A DNA stretch of 28,150 nucleotides from contig CAZXCF010000002.1 of assembly GCA_964638995.1 (NCBI GenBank), positions 1 to 28,150 of the forward strand. The letters run 5' to 3'. This DNA comes from Candidatus Woesearchaeota archaeon. GTDB taxonomy: Archaea > Nanobdellota > Nanobdellia > Pacearchaeales > GW2011-AR1. The notes below the pieces were generated by a model. It saw nothing but the letters and a program-made list of their open reading frames with translations, ran no database searches and was not told the DNA's origin. The position numbers and the translations under genes are program-made. Shown one piece after another: positions 25,270-28,150 of the stretch; position 1 is the first letter of the stretch, and each line of letters begins with the position of its first letter.

Positions 25270-26362
25270 AAAATTCCTTCGGAAATTAAAATTTAGAAGG
25301 ATAAGAGATCTTGAACTTTATGTTGCGGGATTGCCAAATTTTCCAAGAAATTTTTCTAGGGACAGTATAATTTCTTCAATTTTGATGCAAGATTCTAATT
25401 CATTAAAAAACCAATTGATTTTTTGTGCAAAAACTCAAGGAGAAGAAAAAAATCCTCATACTGCAGAAGAAAAAGGAAAAATAATTCATGAATTTCCAGG
25501 GGCTGAATTAAGAAATCTTTCAACAAAATATAATGCTTCAGATACTACCGCTTTATTTTTAATAGGTCATGAAATTTATCAGAAGCTAACAGGAGACTCA
25601 AATTTAAAATCATCGCAAAAACGAAATATTGTTGAAGCTGTCCATTATATTGAAAGACATCTTGATAAGAGAGGGGCATTTATAGAAGATCCTAAATATT
25701 GCGGTGCCAAAAAGTTTGCTCTTAAAGTAACTTATTGGAAAGATTCAGAACTTGTGAATAGAGAAAAAGGAGAACCTCGCTACCCTTTGACTATTAATTT
25801 ATTACATTTACAAAATATGAGGGCAATGAAAAGTGCTTCTTTTTTACTTAAAGACAAAAAATATTTGAATCATTATAATAAAATGCTTGACTTTTTTAAT
25901 AAAAATTTATATGATGATAAAAAGAACCTTTTTTATTTAGGTATGGATAAATCTGGAAAAATAGAAAATAATTCTACCGATATGCTTCATTCTTTATTTT
26001 ATTTAGATAAGAAGGATTTATCAAAAAAGCAGTTAGACGCTATTTTAAAAAATTCTTTAGAATTAGAAACAAAAAAAGGATATAGGGCGATGGTTCCAAA
26101 TGAAAAAATTAATGATAAATATCATGTTGAGACAGTTTGGCCCTTTGAACAAGCGATTATTCATGCTGGAACAAAAAAATTTGAATTAGAAAGACCTCAA
26201 AAAATAACCCGGAGAGTGCTTAAATATATAAATAAATCTCCGTTTGAAATTTTACTACTAAATAAAAAAAGATATGCCTTCGGAGGTTGTAAAACGCAAT
26301 TATGGACTATTGCAGCAAAAGAATATTTTAATAAGAAATATGAAAAATGTGTTTTTCCTTGA
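25253..26362 (+). CDS. Amylo-alpha-1,6-glucosidase / glycogen-debranching-like (alpha/alpha)6 glycoside hydrolase
   Basis: AGLPNFPRNFSRDSII, EEKGKIIHE, YNASDTTALF, YWKDS, YHVETVWPFEQA. Overlaps the GT4 stop. Confidence 0.78.
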   Translation: MKLENKKFLRKLKFRRIRDLELYVAGLPNFPRNFSRDSIISSILMQDSNSLKNQLIFCAKTQGEEKNPHTAEEKGKIIHEFPGAELRNLSTKYNASDTTALFLIGHEIYQKLTGDSNLKSSQKRNIVEAVHYIERHLDKRGAFIEDPKYCGAKKFALKVTYWKDSELVNREKGEPRYPLTINLLHLQNMRAMKSASFLLKDKKYLNHYNKMLDFFNKNLYDDKKNLFYLGMDKSGKIENNSTDMLHSLFYLDKKDLSKKQLDAILKNSLELETKKGYRAMVPNEKINDKYHVETVWPFEQAIIHAGTKKFELERPQKITRRVLKYINKSPFEILLLNKKRYAFGGCKTQLWTIAAKEYFNKKYEKCVFP

Positions 26363-26369
26363 TTATTTT

Positions 26370-26618
26370 TTAAATAAATTTTCTACAAAAACAGGTATTA
26401 AAGATATTTTTATCCAAAAGAATTTCCCCTAAGGAGGGAAATTTTGAAGGTTCTAAATCCAGTTTTCTTCCCATAGTAATTTCAAAAGAATCTTTCTTTT
26501 CAACATAAATTTGATGAGTATATGAATCTTTAGAATACATTGGAGTTTTAATTTCTGGAATTTTTGCCTTGGACTTATCTACTACAGTCCCGATAGGTTT
26601 AGGTTTATAATTTTTCAT
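26370..26618 (-). CDS. Small hypothetical protein
   Basis: 82-aa ORF with an ATG start and AT-rich TATA-like boxes upstream; no motif recognised. Confidence 0.5.
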   Translation of the reverse strand: MKNYKPKPIGTVVDKSKAKIPEIKTPMYSKDSYTHQIYVEKKDSFEITMGRKLDLEPSKFPSLGEILLDKNIFNTCFCRKFI

Positions 26619-26730
26619 GTTAAATTAAGTTTTTAAATGTTTAAATAGTTTATTCTAGAAGTTTTCCATCGAAGGTAAGAAAGCATAGGAACGCCCCGAC
26701 CGAATTTTATTGAGGAGTTTTATAAGAAAT

Positions 26731-26910
26731 TTATTCTCCTGTTTTTATTTTTCCAGAAATCATTCCTTCTAATTTTGAAGGAGTTAAAATTCTTCTTTCA
26801 ACACCAATAGAAATTAAATATTGGTTTACTAGACTCATATTTTGTCCATAAAATGTTGGGGGAACAATATGGTCTTTTCTAATGTAAATCGTTTCTTCCC
26901 TTTCAGACAT
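26731..26910 (-). CDS. Small hypothetical protein (59 aa, MSEREETIYIRK...) inside the mini-island
   Basis: ATG 26910 overlaps the upstream stop (ATGTCTGA), suggesting coupling. Confidence 0.5.
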   Translation of the reverse strand: MSEREETIYIRKDHIVPPTFYGQNMSLVNQYLISIGVERRILTPSKLEGMISGKIKTGE

Positions 26911-27142
26911 ATGGCTTCCATTCCCAAAAGAGTGCATAATCCGTATTGGTTGGGGGGTTTGATTTTAGCCCTATTTGCCCATTTGATCCCTTCTCTCTCA
27001 AATAAACCTCCCATTGCAATTGATTATTAAAAATTTTAGCAATTGTTAAAGCTTCTTCATCAGTTACTTGGTTTGGCCTTCTTAATCCTTTAGAAACATC
27101 ATACCCAAAAGCAGAATATATCCTTTTTGTTTCTTCATTCAC
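26903..27142 (-). CDS. Small hypothetical protein (79 aa) inside the mini-island
   Basis: GTG start with TTTTAAAC about 21-28 nt upstream. Confidence 0.55.
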   Translation of the reverse strand: MNEETKRIYSAFGYDVSKGLRRPNQVTDEEALTIAKIFNNQLQWEVYLREKGSNGQIGLKSNPPTNTDYALFWEWKPYV

Positions 27143-27217
27143 AGAAAATTTAATTTTAGTTAGTTTAAAAGAATTATTGTGTTTGAGTTAAAAATCCAAA
27201 TCTTCTCTTCATGGGAA

Positions 27218-27290
27218 CGCCCCGACCGAGATTCGAACTCGGGTCACTGCCTTGAAAGGGCAGCATACTTGGCCTCTGTACTATCGGGGC
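27218..27290 (-). tRNA. tRNA-Glu(UUC), intronless, CCA not encoded
   Basis: Acceptor stem GCCCCGA/TCGGGGC, anticodon arm CTGCC-CTTTCAA-GGCAG, T arm CCGAG-TTCGAAT-CTCGG. Confidence 0.96.
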
Positions 27291-27504
27291 TTGAAAAAGG
27301 CCTTGGCCTTTTGTTTGATTTTCCTTTTTTTTAATCGGAAAAGCGAATAAACTAAAAATCTTTTTAAAGATCTTTTTGATGGCTTGTTATTCGTCTGGAT
27401 TTTCTATGCCTCAAAAATACAGGTGAGGTAAAAGTTGAAAAAAACTTTTGCCTGTACTAACGGAGCATATAAAATTTAGAAGAATTTAGTTTTTAAAATT
27501 AACT

Positions 27505-27539
27505 AAAAAAGAAAAAAAAGGAAAGACTTCTGTCTTTCC
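27505..27539 (-). terminator. Bacterial-style intrinsic terminator after the 27549..27998 gene
   Basis: GGAAAGAC-AGAA-GTCTTTCC hairpin followed directly by TTTTTTTTCTTTTTT on the minus strand. Confidence 0.75.
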
Positions 27540-27548
27540 AAAAAATGT

Positions 27549-27998
27549 TTACTTTTTACTCCAAGCCGCAATACCTATCATTATTAGGTTTACAACAGGA
27601 ATAATCATTAGCAGTGACCACCATCCCGGTTTCTTTATATCTTCCATTAACTTCCATCTCCATATTACAACGAAGATAAAGAAAGCTAAATTTGTAATCC
27701 CTGAAATGAGAGGAATAAAAAGCCCTATTAAAATAAGCCAAGGCCACCAGTGCATTTTAGAAGATTTGAATGCTATTATTGCTGGGCCTACCATAGGAAT
27801 CCACGCTAATCCGGGAGAAGGCTGTTTTGCTTTTTTTGCCATCGCCATGTATGCAAAAGAAGTATAGATATATAATCCAATTACAATTAAAAAAGCTAAA
27901 AAAACAAATCCTGCTAACATTGCAAAAATACCTCCACCTAGTAGGGTAGAACTGTCTATTCCCGATGTTACATTAAGTCCTAGTGTTTCCAAAAACAT
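27549..27998 (-). CDS. Multi-pass membrane protein of unknown function (DUF5684-like by eye)
   Basis: Hydrophobic segments with repeated AWIP / WW.W...IP / GWWSLL.IIPVVNLI motifs. Strong GGAGGTGA Shine-Dalgarno upstream of the ATG. Confidence 0.8.
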   Translation of the reverse strand: MFLETLGLNVTSGIDSSTLLGGGIFAMLAGFVFLAFLIVIGLYIYTSFAYMAMAKKAKQPSPGLAWIPMVGPAIIAFKSSKMHWWPWLILIGLFIPLISGITNLAFFIFVVIWRWKLMEDIKKPGWWSLLMIIPVVNLIMIGIAAWSKK

Positions 27999-28133
27999 CT
28001 TTTTTCACCTCCTTTCAATTATTTATTTGAATTGGATTAGTTTTTATTTTTTTAATACAGCTTTAATGTTTTTAAGAGTTCTGTTTTTATAAACAATAAC
28101 TTTTATATATTATCTCTGTTCAATTTTTATTAA

Positions 28134-28150
28134 GAGCCTATAGCTCAGTC
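28134..28150 (+). tRNA. 5' end of a tRNA truncated by the window edge (identity unknown)
   Basis: GAGCCTA-TA-GCTC-AGTC fits the acceptor strand, U8/A9 and D stem. TTTATATA at 28102-28109 lies upstream. Confidence 0.75.

Larger units (their letters stand above)
26684..27229. mobile_element. Putative 526-bp mini-island at the 3' end of tRNA-Glu, bounded by att-like direct repeats
   Basis: cat(a/g)ggaacgccccgaccga at 26684-26703 and 27210-27229 (19/20 identical, 16 contiguous) includes the last 12 nt of the tRNA. Confidence 0.7.

Noticed and set aside
27379-27459. 26-aa Cys-containing ORF (MACYSSGFLCLKNTGEVKVEKNFCLY)
   Set aside because: No TATA or SD at the expected distance, and the length is within chance.
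26842-27747. ORFs 26842..27030 (+) and 27556..27747 (-)
   Set aside because: They are alternative or antisense frames overlapping better-supported genes.
1-28150. Alternative genetic code, DGR or autonomous mobile element
   Set aside because: TGA, TAA and TAG all end intact genes. There is no reverse transcriptase, transposase or integrase ORF, and the repeat mismatches are not adenine-specific.

Overview
Very AT-rich archaeal chromosomal segment. Gene style suggests a DPANN organism of the Pacearchaeota/Woesearchaeota type (inference). It uses the standard genetic code and is mostly housekeeping: ppsA, ferredoxin, a radical SAM protein, lemA, an Lhr helicase with a metallophosphoesterase, htpX, two PP-loop-related tRNA thiolation genes (one apparently inactive), trpS, a chimeric thrS, a Trm9-like methyltransferase divergent from elp3, a MutS-domain-V ATPase, a VIT1/CCC1 transporter, an RbgA-like GTPase, a GT4 with a glycogen-debranching-like hydrolase, tRNA-Glu(UUC), and the start of a second tRNA at the right edge. 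About ten genes have a TATA box at -29..-22 from the ATG, which implies leaderless mRNAs. The most unusual signal is at gene boundaries. (i) The trpS-thrS-hypothetical operon is punctuated by three related 83-89 bp repeats. Each is a mini-ORF whose start overlaps the upstream stop and whose stop overlaps the downstream start (ATGA), so all five junctions stay translationally coupled. (ii) The first 30-41 nt of the TtcA/Ncs6-like gene occur four times, separated by hairpin-forming inserts. (iii) The last 33 nt of the methyltransferase gene and the 3' end of tRNA-Glu are each duplicated around a short insert. No integrase, transposase or reverse transcriptase is in the window, so the mechanism is unresolved. 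Family assignments rest on motifs read by eye, not database searches.
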